Below are positions 26,925 through 40,425 of a stretch of 64,000 bases of DNA, piece after piece (within the stretch, counting starts at the first letter, position 1; every line of letters starts with the position of its first letter). The notes below the pieces were generated by a model that was not told the origin of the DNA, searched no databases, and worked only from the letters and a program-made list of their open reading frames with translations. The DNA is from Alcanivoracaceae bacterium (GTDB taxonomy: Bacteria; Pseudomonadota; Gammaproteobacteria; Pseudomonadales; Alcanivoracaceae): contig JARGPN010000006.1 of NCBI GenBank assembly GCA_029213045.1, positions 168,123 to 232,122 of the forward strand, written 5' to 3'. A program made the translations under genes and the position numbers.

Positions 26925-27671
26925 ATGACTAACTGGAAAGGCTCAGTCCAAGCCAAAAATGCCATAACTTGGGTTGTGTATGTCTTAGCAGCGCTGTGGC
27001 TGGCTATTAGCCTCAGTTGTTGGGTGTACGCGCGTTTCGATTACGGCTATGGATTCTGGTACGACACGCTGGAAATTGGCACGCACATTAAGAAATACGC
27101 GCCCAAGCACCCGAACAAACGTTACTTTTCGAAACTCTCCAAGGCACAGCATACGCAAGCGTTCCATGAAATACGGGTTTCAGTGCATAACAGTGGACAA
27201 GGGCTTGCACAGATTCAGTACGCCGCTCAAGGGCGCCCGTCGGAGCGATTGTTGGATCAGGCCGAAGTTCAGCATTTAGAGGATGTCGCTCGTTTAATCA
27301 GTGCTTGTTGGTGGGTGTTTTGGGGCGCACTCGTTATATGGGGTGTGTTAGCGTGGCGTCTTGCGCGTAGGGAACTACCGCCTTGGCGATGGCGCAGCGC
27401 AGTGGTCGCGGCAGTGATAGGCATTATAGGCGGGTTCTTAATCGTCGTAGGCCCCAAAAAGCTTTTTTATATATTCCATGTTTGGATATTTCCGGCAGAG
27501 CACCAATGGTTCTTTTATTGGGAGCAATCGCTGATGAGCACGCTGATGAAGGCGCCTGATTTGTTCGGCGGTATTGCGGCGGTGCTCGTTGGAGTTGGAG
27601 TGCCGCTCGCTGTTTTGATATATCTATTTGGTTTGTATGTCATGAGAACGCTTCGCGCACGCATTGTATAA
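26925..27671 (+). CDS. DUF1461/TIGR01906-like integral membrane protein
   Basis: About 248 aa with five predicted TM segments, an external loop and the motif EVQHLEDVARLI, which I recall as characteristic of this family. The start is 26925 or 26886. Confidence 0.45.
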   Translation: MTNWKGSVQAKNAITWVVYVLAALWLAISLSCWVYARFDYGYGFWYDTLEIGTHIKKYAPKHPNKRYFSKLSKAQHTQAFHEIRVSVHNSGQGLAQIQYAAQGRPSERLLDQAEVQHLEDVARLISACWWVFWGALVIWGVLAWRLARRELPPWRWRSAVVAAVIGIIGGFLIVVGPKKLFYIFHVWIFPAEHQWFFYWEQSLMSTLMKAPDLFGGIAAVLVGVGVPLAVLIYLFGLYVMRTLRARIV

Positions 27672-27689
27672 GTCGGTAAATAACGGGAA

Positions 27690-29738
27690 GTGCAAACATC
27701 GGCTGGCTGCCCCATTCGCCAGTCGTATCGGGAGAGGTTTATTTTGTCCGGGTTTAAAGCTGTACAGCGGGATCACCAAGATGTGTTGCCCTTGGCGCCG
27801 TGTTGGAAAGTTGAGCGCGACTATGTGTTGAGTTTATCTGCATCAGCACTCACCGCAGAGCTGGCCGCGCTTGCCGGCGATGAAAAGCATTATTGGGTGC
27901 TGCAACAAGGGCCGCTTGCGCCTGGGTCAAAGCGCCAGTCGTTATTAAATTTAGACAGTGATCTCGCGCTCGCAGGGGCGCTTGGGCAAACATTTAGTCG
28001 CGAAGGCGGCCCAGACAGTCTCGTTTTTCAGTGTATGCCGCCGCAACGTGCGGCCGGTGTGTTGTTTACTCGGCACCCGATGCGCCCAGATCTAGAGCAT
28101 ATTGTTGTTGAGGGCTGTTTAAGTGGTTCTGATGCGCAGCAACGAATCATCTTGCACGCTGACGGGGCACTCGCATGGCGCAGCCCCGACTCAGAAGCAT
28201 TCACCGACGAAGTAAGTACAGCGGCATTTTATGAGCTCGCGCAAACATTGCATCAATGTTTCGGTGAGCCGCGCGCCGCTGAATGGATTTGGGATGGTGC
28301 ACAGCTATCAATGGTGCAGGCGCTGCCCATTGGCACCTTAGCGATGCCATCGGAGGTGTGGACGCGTCGTGCTGGATTGGGATTTAGCAATCAAGCGATC
28401 TCTCCGCTTTGGTACACCATGCTTGGCCGTTGGTTGAAAGAAGGTTTTTGGCGGAAAGTTGGACATAAAGCGGGGTGGAGTGAACTCGGCAATGTTGAGC
28501 CGTATCGACGGCAGCATAGTTACCTCTACGGCAATGGCCGTTTTTTTCGCGCACTACAAAATTGGCGAGGAGGCAGCTTTTTGTGGTGGGCGTTACCACC
28601 AGCGTGGCGGCATAAATCAGCGGAGAGTGCTCCGCTGTCGAACAGCAGCCATATGCTGGCTCGGGCATGGGTCAGTATCAAATTATTGTGGCTAGAGTTG
28701 CGTACAAAAAAACTCGATCAATGTGATGGGGACGCAACGGCGGATGAAGTGTGGTTGGAGCTCATCCGCTTGGATCGTTTGGGCAAGATGCTTTCTAGCA
28801 CTGAGGGAGCGCTTGGTTATATCTACGCGCCTGCAGTCGCACCACGGGGCACCCGTCCTACAATCAGTGACAGCCTGTTATCTTCGGATACGGCGCTGCT
28901 AAGCGATCTTGGCGGCGTTTCGCGCGATGAAATAACGTGGGCGGAATTTTGTGCGCGGCACGGACAGTATAGCGCCGGAGATGATCCTGTTTTTCCACGT
29001 TTGCTAGAGCAGGGCGGTGATTCCAAGTCGCTGCCTCTGTTGTTAGAAAAGCTATCGCCGCAACGGGCGGAGGCGCTTATTGCGCTGCGATCATTAAGGC
29101 TGCAGCCCCACGGTTGGCTGGGTTTGCGCCGCCGTGCGGCAGGGTTGCGACAGCATCTTGCTGGTCGCATGCGCAGATTGCTCCTCTTAATGTCGCAGCG
29201 CTTAGTCGCGTTGCGTCGTATTAAACACCCAGACGATATTTTCTTTTTATATTTCGATGAGCTTTGGCAGGCGTGGCAAGGGCAAACCCGACGTCAGCTT
29301 GATACGTTACTCGGTGAGCGCAAAGTGCGTTATTTATCTGACGCCCATGCAGGCCCGCCAGATTGGATTATTGATTCAATTGGCTACGGTACTTCTCCGC
29401 TAGGGCAGCGGACCGGCCACGATACCGTGCAAGGATATGGTTTAGTGTCTGGAAAGGCTCAGGGACGCGTACAGCGCATCGGTTCTGGTTGGCAGTTAAA
29501 CCAGGTGGAAGCGGGCGATGTATTGGTGTTGGATCAATCGGATATTGGTTGGTTGCCGTGGATCGCCTGTGCGTCGGGCTTGGTTTTAGCGCATCGTGAT
29601 CCACTCGATCCCGCGGCGGCGTTGGCGTGTGCATTGGGGATTCCAACAGTGTGGGGTGTTGATGATGCGATGCATTGTTTGCCGGACGGTGTTGAAATTA
29701 TGCTGGATGGCGATAGCGGCCATTTAGATCAACTTTAA
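27690..29738 (+). CDS. PEP-utilising-enzyme-like protein (PPDK_N-like segment plus C-terminal mobile domain), apparently lacking the catalytic His
   Basis: 682 aa. The N-terminal part weakly resembles the PpsA/PPDK ATP-binding domain (AGVLFTRHPMRPD...IVVEG). The C-terminus matches the swivel domain (GKAQGRV...GDVLVLDQSDIGWLPWIACASGLVLA...ALGIPTVWGV). The start is uncertain: GTG at 27690 or TTG at 27744. Confidence 0.55.
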   Translation: MQTSAGCPIRQSYRERFILSGFKAVQRDHQDVLPLAPCWKVERDYVLSLSASALTAELAALAGDEKHYWVLQQGPLAPGSKRQSLLNLDSDLALAGALGQTFSREGGPDSLVFQCMPPQRAAGVLFTRHPMRPDLEHIVVEGCLSGSDAQQRIILHADGALAWRSPDSEAFTDEVSTAAFYELAQTLHQCFGEPRAAEWIWDGAQLSMVQALPIGTLAMPSEVWTRRAGLGFSNQAISPLWYTMLGRWLKEGFWRKVGHKAGWSELGNVEPYRRQHSYLYGNGRFFRALQNWRGGSFLWWALPPAWRHKSAESAPLSNSSHMLARAWVSIKLLWLELRTKKLDQCDGDATADEVWLELIRLDRLGKMLSSTEGALGYIYAPAVAPRGTRPTISDSLLSSDTALLSDLGGVSRDEITWAEFCARHGQYSAGDDPVFPRLLEQGGDSKSLPLLLEKLSPQRAEALIALRSLRLQPHGWLGLRRRAAGLRQHLAGRMRRLLLLMSQRLVALRRIKHPDDIFFLYFDELWQAWQGQTRRQLDTLLGERKVRYLSDAHAGPPDWIIDSIGYGTSPLGQRTGHDTVQGYGLVSGKAQGRVQRIGSGWQLNQVEAGDVLVLDQSDIGWLPWIACASGLVLAHRDPLDPAAALACALGIPTVWGVDDAMHCLPDGVEIMLDGDSGHLDQL

Positions 29739-29771
29739 TTTCGCCGTCTATTAACCAACCAATGCTCAAAC

Positions 29772-29801
29772 AAAAAAGAGCGCCTTACGGCGCTCTTTTT
29801 A
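29772..29801. terminator. bidirectional rho-independent terminator
   Basis: AAAAAAGAGCGCC-ttac-GGCGCTCTTTTT lies between two convergent genes. Confidence 0.75.
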
Positions 29802-29829
29802 TTTCTCATCGACGGACTAGGTTACGCCG

Positions 29830-33531
<3,702 letters not shown>

Positions 33532-33904
33532 GAATCACACTCCACTGATTTTCAAGACCGAGCATTGTACCGGAACCAGCAATAGACCCCAAAGATTAAA
33601 GGGGAGTTAAGTGATATTCGACGGCCCAATCGTTGGCCCTGAGATGGTCTTTGGGCATACTTTCCCGTTAAGCCATTCTGAAGGGAGGTTTCGACGGTAA
33701 TCGACCTGTGCTCTCGATGGCACTGATTGTCGTGTTTGGATTTACGTGAACAGCAGGTGAATCTGAAGTCTGTGGAAAACTACGTTTTGTAAAACTTGTT
33801 AGGTGATTAGTAAATTTAACGGAATTTGGTACAAACATAGGCATAATCCCGCGTTATCAGAACAGCCATTCTCAAGTTAACTCATAGGAAAGAGGAAAAG
33901 TGTT

Positions 33905-34726
33905 ATGGATGAAGTAACAAGTTACATCCAGCAATTCGCTAACGAAAATCTTGCCCCTTACGCTTACAACATCCTTACCGCACTGGCTATTTTTATTGTT
34001 GGTAAATGGATTGCTCGACGCATCGCGAATATGAGCACCACCGTGATGGCGAAAAAGATAGATCAAACCGTTGCGCATTTTGTCGGCAACATCATCAATA
34101 TCACGGTTTTGGCGTTTGTCGTCATTGCCTCACTTGATCGTCTCGGTGTTGAAACAACGTCCATCGTCGCGATCATGGGTGCGGCAGGCTTAGCGGTTGG
34201 CTTGGCATTGAAAGATTCACTCGGCAACTTCGCGGCTGGTGTGATGATTATTATCTTTCGCCCTTTCAAAGCTGGGGACTACGTTGAAGCCGGTGGAGCC
34301 GCCGGCACGGTAAAAGAGATTCGTATCTTTGCCAGTATTTTAGTGACTCCTGATAACCGCATTATTACCGTTCCGAATGGCGCGATTATGAGCAGCAACA
34401 TCGTCAACTATTCGGAAATGCCAACGCGTCGTGTAGACATGGTTGTGGGCGTGGGTTATGGAAGCGATCTGGCAAAAGTAAAGCAGGTTATTGCTTCAAT
34501 TTTGGCTGCTGACGATCGTGTACTTGAAGAGCCAAAGCCAGTGATTGCGGTTTCTGAGCTGGCTGACAGCTCAATTAATCTAATTGTTCGTCCTTGGGTA
34601 AAAGGCGCGGACTATTGGGCGGTAATGTGGGGCACCACCGAGACGATCAAGAATCGTTTTGATGAGGAAGGTATCGAAATTCCTTTCCCGCAAATGGTCG
34701 TACATTCCCAGAAGTCACCCGAGTAA
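33905..34726 (+). CDS. mscS: small-conductance mechanosensitive channel
   Basis: 273 aa with three N-terminal TM segments and the MscS beta-domain (PFKAGDYVEAGGAAGTVKEI). Confidence 0.85.
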   Translation: MDEVTSYIQQFANENLAPYAYNILTALAIFIVGKWIARRIANMSTTVMAKKIDQTVAHFVGNIINITVLAFVVIASLDRLGVETTSIVAIMGAAGLAVGLALKDSLGNFAAGVMIIIFRPFKAGDYVEAGGAAGTVKEIRIFASILVTPDNRIITVPNGAIMSSNIVNYSEMPTRRVDMVVGVGYGSDLAKVKQVIASILAADDRVLEEPKPVIAVSELADSSINLIVRPWVKGADYWAVMWGTTETIKNRFDEEGIEIPFPQMVVHSQKSPE

Positions 34727-34739
34727 GAGGTATTTTGTA

Positions 34740-35528
34740 ATGCGATTGATTCAAGTAGCTGCCGTCTCAGTTGTGACGGTTGCTTCTGCAGCGTTGTTCG
34801 CTGCAGAAGAAGGCGCCGCCGACCGTAAATGGGAAGCGGATTTAAGTGCCGGCATGGTATTGGAGCGCGGCAACGCCGATACGAATGAGGTTAACGGTAA
34901 CTTAAGCGCCGCACGTGAAGGGGACCTATGGCGTAACACGATGAAGCTGGAAGGCGCCAACAAAGAAGAGGCCGTCGTTGTTGATCCTGCTTTACCAGAT
35001 AAAAAAGAATACTTAAGGACAAAGGAGCGTTATTACGGCTTATACAAGCTTGACCGTAAGCTTGGTGAGAACAGCGCCAATTATTTGTTCAACGTGTTTA
35101 CGTATGAGAAGGACGCTTTTTCTGGGTTCCAGTATCAAGCAACCTATGCTGTCGGTTTGGGTCGTCGCTGGATTGAAAATGAAAAGCACACGCTCGACGC
35201 TGAAGTTGGTCCTGGTTATCGCTGGCAGTGCTTAGAAGAAGAGTCCGGCTATTTCGGTTGTGCAAACGACGAGAATCAAGCGATATTACGTGCCGCTCTG
35301 AAATATAAATGGCTAATCAGTGAGAGCGCGGATTTCCGTCAAGAAATCAGCAGTGATATTGGCCGCGATTCCAGAAGCACACGTGCAGAATCAATTTTGA
35401 ACTCGAAAATCAATTCTCATTTCAGTCTGCGGGTGAGATACCTACTGGAACATGAGTCTACGGCGGCACCTGGCGCTAAAGAAGCAGACCATGAATTCTC
35501 TGTCGGCTTGGTGTACACCATCCTGTAA
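34740..35528 (+). CDS. DUF481 (YdiY-like) outer-membrane beta-barrel protein
   Basis: Signal peptide (MRLIQVAAVSVVTVASAALFA), alternating beta-strand pattern and a terminal aromatic-rich strand (FSVGLVYTIL). I prefer the ATG at 34740 over 34659. Confidence 0.65.
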   Translation: MRLIQVAAVSVVTVASAALFAAEEGAADRKWEADLSAGMVLERGNADTNEVNGNLSAAREGDLWRNTMKLEGANKEEAVVVDPALPDKKEYLRTKERYYGLYKLDRKLGENSANYLFNVFTYEKDAFSGFQYQATYAVGLGRRWIENEKHTLDAEVGPGYRWQCLEEESGYFGCANDENQAILRAALKYKWLISESADFRQEISSDIGRDSRSTRAESILNSKINSHFSLRVRYLLEHESTAAPGAKEADHEFSVGLVYTIL

Positions 35529-35585
35529 TCTCTGAGGCCGCCTCACTTCGTTCACCACATGGCACGAAGTGAAATGCCAACTTTA

Positions 35586-35609
35586 AGCGCCTCTTAGGAG
35601 GCGTTTTTT
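35586..35609 (+). terminator. rho-independent terminator
   Basis: GCGCCTC-ttag-GAGGCG followed by a T6 run. Confidence 0.7.
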
Positions 35610-35739
35610 ATGGGCGTGGCTTTATATTTTCGGAAGTTGCTGATAGGTTGCTTTCGAGTGCTCGTCTTATGACGGCGAGTGAAAAGGTGCTTGCCGCCGT
35701 TGGCTAAGACTTAAATGATTAAGCGCGGTTTGCAGCAAT

Positions 35740-35771
35740 AAAAAAGGCCGGGGGAGACCCGGCCTTTTTTA
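35740..35771. terminator. bidirectional rho-independent terminator downstream of pntB
   Basis: AAAAAAGGCCGGG-ggaga-CCCGGCCTTTTTT. Confidence 0.75.
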
Positions 35772-35804
35772 TTGCGTAGTAATGCTTTTAAGCATCAATA
35801 ACCA

Positions 35805-37184
35805 TTACGCATCTTTTAGTGCCTGCGTGATATCGATGATTGCTTGCTTGCCATCACCGAACAACATCAAGGTGTTGTCTTTCGCGAACAGTGGGTTAGG
35901 CAAGCCGGCAAAACCGGGGCTTAACGAACGCTTCACCACGATAACTGTTTTTGCTTTATCAACGTTCAGAATCGGCATGCCATAGATTGGGCTGCCTTTA
36001 TCTTCACGTGCCATGGGATTGGTAACGTCGTTCGCACCAATAACAATCGCAACGTCGGTTTGTTCAAACGTTGGGTTGATCGTATCCATGTCTTTCAGTT
36101 TGTCGTATGACACTTCTGCTTCAGCCAAGAGAACGTTCATGTGGCCAGGCATACGACCAGCAACTGGGTGGATTGCATATTCAACAACGCCACCGCGTGC
36201 TTCGATGACATCTGCCAAGTCGCGTACGGCATGTTGTGCTTGCGCCATGGCCATACCGAAGCCAGGCACGATAACAACGCGCTGAGCAGTTTCTAGGATC
36301 ATTGCAACTTCATCAGAAGACGATGACTTTACTTTGCCTTGGTAGACTTCATCAGCGTCAACGGTTTCTCCGCCTTCAGCCATTACACCGAACAATACGT
36401 TGGTCAGTGAACGATTCATTGCCTTACACATAATCTGAGTAAGAATGAGGCCGGATGCACCGACCAACGAACCGGTAATGATTAGTGCGCTGTTGCCCAT
36501 AACAAAGCCAGCGGCAGACGCTGCGATACCAGAGTAGGAGTTCAGCAGTGCGATAACCACAGGCATGTCTGCGCCGCCGATTGGCAACACCAACAACAGA
36601 CCAAGAACGCACGCCGCAATGGCCATGCCCCAGAAAATTGTGCTGTTTCCTGGTTCAACTACGAGCATGCCAATGGCGGAAATCGAGCCAAGGAAGAGCA
36701 GGGCATTCACGGCTTTCATGCCGGGGAAGCCAATTGATTTCCCGTCGATTAGCTCTTGTAGCTTGGCAAATGCGACCAATGAACCGGTCAGCGTTACTGC
36801 ACCGATTAATACCGCTGCGCCGGTGCTGATGATTTCTACCGGACCATTGACGCCTTTAAAGAATTCAGCAGAAGCAACAGCAAATGACGCGCCGCCACCA
36901 AAGCCGTTCAGTAGCGCAATCATTTGAGGCATGGAGGTCATTTGTACCTTGATAGCCAGCACGGCACCGATAGTGCCGCCGACTAACAAGCCACCGATGA
37001 TCCACTCGTAGCTCAATACATCTTTATGTAGCAGGGTGACAACGCAGGCGATCAGCATGCCGATGGCCGCTAACTGGTTGCCACGTACTGCTGTTTTCGG
37101 TTTGGTTAGGCCTTTAATGCCCAATACGAAGAGTGATGCCGCCAACAAATAGGCGATATCAATCCAGACTTGTGAAATATGCAT
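35805..37184 (-). CDS. pntB: NAD(P) transhydrogenase subunit beta
   Basis: 459 aa with a multi-TM N-terminal region and an NADP(H)-binding dIII domain (VPGFGMAMAQAQH...YGMPILNVD). Confidence 0.95.
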   Translation of the reverse strand: MHISQVWIDIAYLLAASLFVLGIKGLTKPKTAVRGNQLAAIGMLIACVVTLLHKDVLSYEWIIGGLLVGGTIGAVLAIKVQMTSMPQMIALLNGFGGGASFAVASAEFFKGVNGPVEIISTGAAVLIGAVTLTGSLVAFAKLQELIDGKSIGFPGMKAVNALLFLGSISAIGMLVVEPGNSTIFWGMAIAACVLGLLLVLPIGGADMPVVIALLNSYSGIAASAAGFVMGNSALIITGSLVGASGLILTQIMCKAMNRSLTNVLFGVMAEGGETVDADEVYQGKVKSSSSDEVAMILETAQRVVIVPGFGMAMAQAQHAVRDLADVIEARGGVVEYAIHPVAGRMPGHMNVLLAEAEVSYDKLKDMDTINPTFEQTDVAIVIGANDVTNPMAREDKGSPIYGMPILNVDKAKTVIVVKRSLSPGFAGLPNPLFAKDNTLMLFGDGKQAIIDITQALKDA

Positions 37185-37187
37185 CGC

Positions 37188-37469
37188 TTACTTCCTCTTA
37201 AACATCGCCAGCATGCGATTGGTGACCATAAAGCCGCCGATCACATTGATGGTCGCCAGTACAACGGCAATAAAGCCAAGTACTTGAATCAGCATACCGT
37301 CGTGGCCAGCCGCGAGAATGGCGCCGACCAAGGTAATACCTGAAATAGCGTTTGAGCCCGACATCAACGGCGTGTGCAGTGTTGGCGGTACTTTGGTGAT
37401 CAGCTCAACACCGAGAAAAATTGCCAACACAAACAGTGCAAGCAACGGTACAAATTCTGCGAAATTCAT
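37188..37469 (-). CDS. pntAB: NAD(P) transhydrogenase subunit alpha part 2
   Basis: 93-aa membrane protein lying between pntAA and pntB. Confidence 0.9.
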   Translation of the reverse strand: MNFAEFVPLLALFVLAIFLGVELITKVPPTLHTPLMSGSNAISGITLVGAILAAGHDGMLIQVLGFIAVVLATINVIGGFMVTNRMLAMFKRK

Positions 37470-37481
37470 AATGAATCTCCC

Positions 37482-38693
37482 TTATGTCGCTGGCGTTTCG
37501 TCTTGCGACGGCGCGGCCAGTTCAGGCAAGTTAAGCAATTGACGCATGCGTGTATGCGGTACGTCGCCGTCGTGAGAAACCACTGTTTCGCGAACGATCT
37601 CGTCTTCGAAATCAAGATTCAGCTTGCCTTCTTTGTCGATCAAAAGGTTAAGCAGGTTTTCCATGTTCTTGCCGAACATTTGGCTGGCATGGAAAGCAAC
37701 GCTCGAAGGCACATTGGATGGGCCAATGATGGTTACGCCATGCTCAACGACAGTTTCGCCAAGTTTGGTTAACTCGCAGTTGCCGCCACGCTCAGCAGCT
37801 AAGTCGATAATGACTGAGCCTGGCTTCATGGCTTTCACCATGTCTTCGGTGACAAGAATTGGAGATTTAGCGCCTGGCACAGCGGCGGTGGTGATAATCA
37901 CATCCATGCGAGAGACAACTTCTGTCATCAATTCACGCTGACGCTTAAGGAAGTCTTCACCTTGAGCTTGGGCGTAACCGCCTTTGCCTTCTGCTGCAGC
38001 GGTGTCCAGGTCTAACTCAACGGGCTTCGCACCGACCGACAGAATCTGCTCACGGGCCGCAGGGCGCACGTCGTACGCCTCAACGATTGCGCCTAGGCGC
38101 TTGGCAGTGGAGCAGGCGAACAGCCCAGCAACACCAACACCCATAATAAAGACGCGTGATGCTGCAAGAGTGCCTGCCGCTGTCATGTTCATTGGGAACA
38201 TGCGATTTGAGGCCGTGGATGCCATGAGCACACTTTTATAGCCTGCGATCATTGCCATTGACGATAAGACGTCCATGGCTTGCGCACGTGTAATACGTGG
38301 CACCAACTCGAGTGCAACACCAGTGACATTTTTCTCCGCTAACGTGCTAGCGAAAGAAGGATTGGCCAGCGGGTCCATCATGCCGATAACAATCTGGTTC
38401 GCGCGGAGTTTGCCAAGGTCATCAGCGCCGTTGCTGGCGTTGCTGCCTGGGGTTTGCACCTGCAGAACAATGTCTGCCTGCTCAAACGTATTGTCGCGGC
38501 TTACGATCTCAGCGCCTGCCGCCTGATATTCAGAATCAGGATAGCCGGCGGCATCTCCTGCGCCTTGTTCAATCAGGATACGCAGATCTGGTTTTTTCTT
38601 AAGTACCGTGACGTTCGCTGGCGTCAGTGCGACGCGCGTTTCGCCAGGGCATATTTCTTTAGGAACACCGATAATCACCCGTGTTACCCCCAT
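37482..38693 (-). CDS. pntAA: NAD(P) transhydrogenase subunit alpha part 1
   Basis: 403 aa with an alanine-dehydrogenase-like dI domain and a Rossmann motif (FIMGVGVAGL). Confidence 0.92.
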   Translation of the reverse strand: MGVTRVIIGVPKEICPGETRVALTPANVTVLKKKPDLRILIEQGAGDAAGYPDSEYQAAGAEIVSRDNTFEQADIVLQVQTPGSNASNGADDLGKLRANQIVIGMMDPLANPSFASTLAEKNVTGVALELVPRITRAQAMDVLSSMAMIAGYKSVLMASTASNRMFPMNMTAAGTLAASRVFIMGVGVAGLFACSTAKRLGAIVEAYDVRPAAREQILSVGAKPVELDLDTAAAEGKGGYAQAQGEDFLKRQRELMTEVVSRMDVIITTAAVPGAKSPILVTEDMVKAMKPGSVIIDLAAERGGNCELTKLGETVVEHGVTIIGPSNVPSSVAFHASQMFGKNMENLLNLLIDKEGKLNLDFEDEIVRETVVSHDGDVPHTRMRQLLNLPELAAPSQDETPAT

Positions 38694-38883
38694 ATTGGTT
38701 CGCTGGTTGAGTGCCTTGACTCAGGACTTTTCTGAGCCGCGTTAGACATAGAAAGGCCGGTTCAGCAGAACCGGCCGTTTAGCAGGGTGCTAACCATATT
38801 GTGCAGTGGGCGTTAAGGCAAATAGGAAAAGTATCTGAAGGCGATAAGTGGTTAAATATTGGCCCGCCTGTACGACAAGCCGC

Positions 38884-40344
38884 TTATTTTTTATCCAATT
38901 TGGACTGAACTAGGGTTCGGTCGCTTTTTTCACCCATGCCCAAAAAGGGTTCAAGGATCAAATTACCCCGAACCTCTGCCTCAATGACGTGCAAAAAGGT
39001 GTATGCGCCCAACAGCTTTCTGGCTAGAAAAATGAATTCCTTGGGGGGCACATCGAAGTATCGAGATAGCGCATTACGACTTGCGCGCGCCATGATGCGG
39101 TTTGGCAGATCACTTTTACCCCAAAGATATTCGCCGTTCTCGTTGATGACGTTGCTGGGCGGCGGAAATCGATCAGGATCTTGCAGGACCTCAATCGCTT
39201 CAAAACATAATTCTGTGAAGTCCGAGCGAAGCCGGTCCGGCGCGCCATTGCTCAAGAAATCAAGCGCGGTTAATGCATCAAGCACACGCTGCGCATCGTG
39301 ATGCCATGCACCCCGAATCATTTCCCTGCCAGGGCCCAAGACTTCGTCATCGAACTCACGAATCGCCCCAAAGTCGAGCAGTACTATTTGATCGTGGCCA
39401 TCATCGGGATTCACACGCAGTAGGTAATTGCCGAAATTAGGGTCAGTTTGCATGCGATGCCATTCAAAGACCTCGCGACAGCAAAGCTCCATAATTGCGT
39501 GACCAATAAAGTTGCGGCGTTGTTGCGACAGCGCCATGACCGATGGATCTGTGATGTGTACGCCTTGTTCGAAGCTTAAGCATAGAATGCGGCTGGTGCT
39601 GAAATCGTCGATAACCTCTGGCACGACAAAGCGCGGATCAGACGAAAGCTGATCGCGAAAGTAATTAGTAGTGCGGCCTTCTAGGCGGTAATCAACCTCG
39701 CGCGCCAACATGGCCTTTACTTCATCCAGCCACTGGTTAAATTGGTCTGTCAGCGGCACCAGACGGCTTAGTCTAAGTAGCTGCACTAGCGCGCGCATAT
39801 CAGAATCAATGGCATCGGCAACGCCGGGGTACTGGATTTTTAGCACCAGCTCTTTGCCATCTGATTTACGTATTGCCTTGTGCACTTGCGCCAACGAGGC
39901 GGCCCCTAAAGGCTCGGGGTCGATGTCTAGCAGCGAAAGCCGTTGTTCTCCGAACTCGCTGATTAAATGGCGCTCTATTGTTGACCAGTGCAGCGCCGTG
40001 GTGCTGTTCTCAAGCGTGTGCAACGCTTCAGTGACTTCTTCGGGCAGAAAATGCTCGCCGAATAAAGCCATCATCTGACCGATCTTAACGACCGAACCTT
40101 TTAGTTTTCCCAACTCTCGAACCAACTCTAGCGCTTGGCTGGAAAGAATTTGTTTGCGTTTTTCCGCGCGTGTTTCTTTGTCCGAGAACAGAGTGCCTGC
40201 TGATAAGGTGGCATACCGAGCGCCTGCCATGAATCCAGCGGTGGCCATTGAAAGGCGCCTTTCGAAGGCACCTGTTTTTACGCGTTTGACGGTCTTTCGC
40301 ACTTGCTTCCCCTTAAATCTGCTACCGAGCCGTATTTTGTGCAT
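38884..40344 (-). CDS. ABC1/UbiB-family atypical kinase-like protein (soluble paralogue)
   Basis: 486 aa with ABC1 motifs (AASLAQVHKA, LKIQYPG, NFGNYL, LLDFG). No C-terminal TM segments and no ubiE/ubiJ neighbours. The start is uncertain. Confidence 0.78.
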   Translation of the reverse strand: MHKIRLGSRFKGKQVRKTVKRVKTGAFERRLSMATAGFMAGARYATLSAGTLFSDKETRAEKRKQILSSQALELVRELGKLKGSVVKIGQMMALFGEHFLPEEVTEALHTLENSTTALHWSTIERHLISEFGEQRLSLLDIDPEPLGAASLAQVHKAIRKSDGKELVLKIQYPGVADAIDSDMRALVQLLRLSRLVPLTDQFNQWLDEVKAMLAREVDYRLEGRTTNYFRDQLSSDPRFVVPEVIDDFSTSRILCLSFEQGVHITDPSVMALSQQRRNFIGHAIMELCCREVFEWHRMQTDPNFGNYLLRVNPDDGHDQIVLLDFGAIREFDDEVLGPGREMIRGAWHHDAQRVLDALTALDFLSNGAPDRLRSDFTELCFEAIEVLQDPDRFPPPSNVINENGEYLWGKSDLPNRIMARASRNALSRYFDVPPKEFIFLARKLLGAYTFLHVIEAEVRGNLILEPFLGMGEKSDRTLVQSKLDKK

Positions 40345-40425
40345 TTAGCTTGAGCGCCATTCTACTTCAAAATGTATGATCAGCGTCTTGCTCTGCGGGA
40401 CAACCTATTTCAGGAGATGTTTTCG

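Noticed and set aside
33532-33904. A possible cobalamin, SAH or SAM riboswitch in the 373-bp region upstream of metH.
   Set aside because: The reverse-strand leader showed no B12 box and no GGUG..AAUCC, SAH or SAM core motif by eye. A plausible TTGGGG-17-TACAAT promoter leaves only about a 45-nt leader. An Infernal scan would be needed to be certain.
35529-35804. A possible small gene or small RNA between the DUF481 gene and pntB (a 20-codon ATG ORF and an 8-bp hairpin at 35541-35568).
   Set aside because: The ORF has no Shine-Dalgarno sequence and its composition is not protein-like. Two ordinary terminators serving the flanking genes explain the region.
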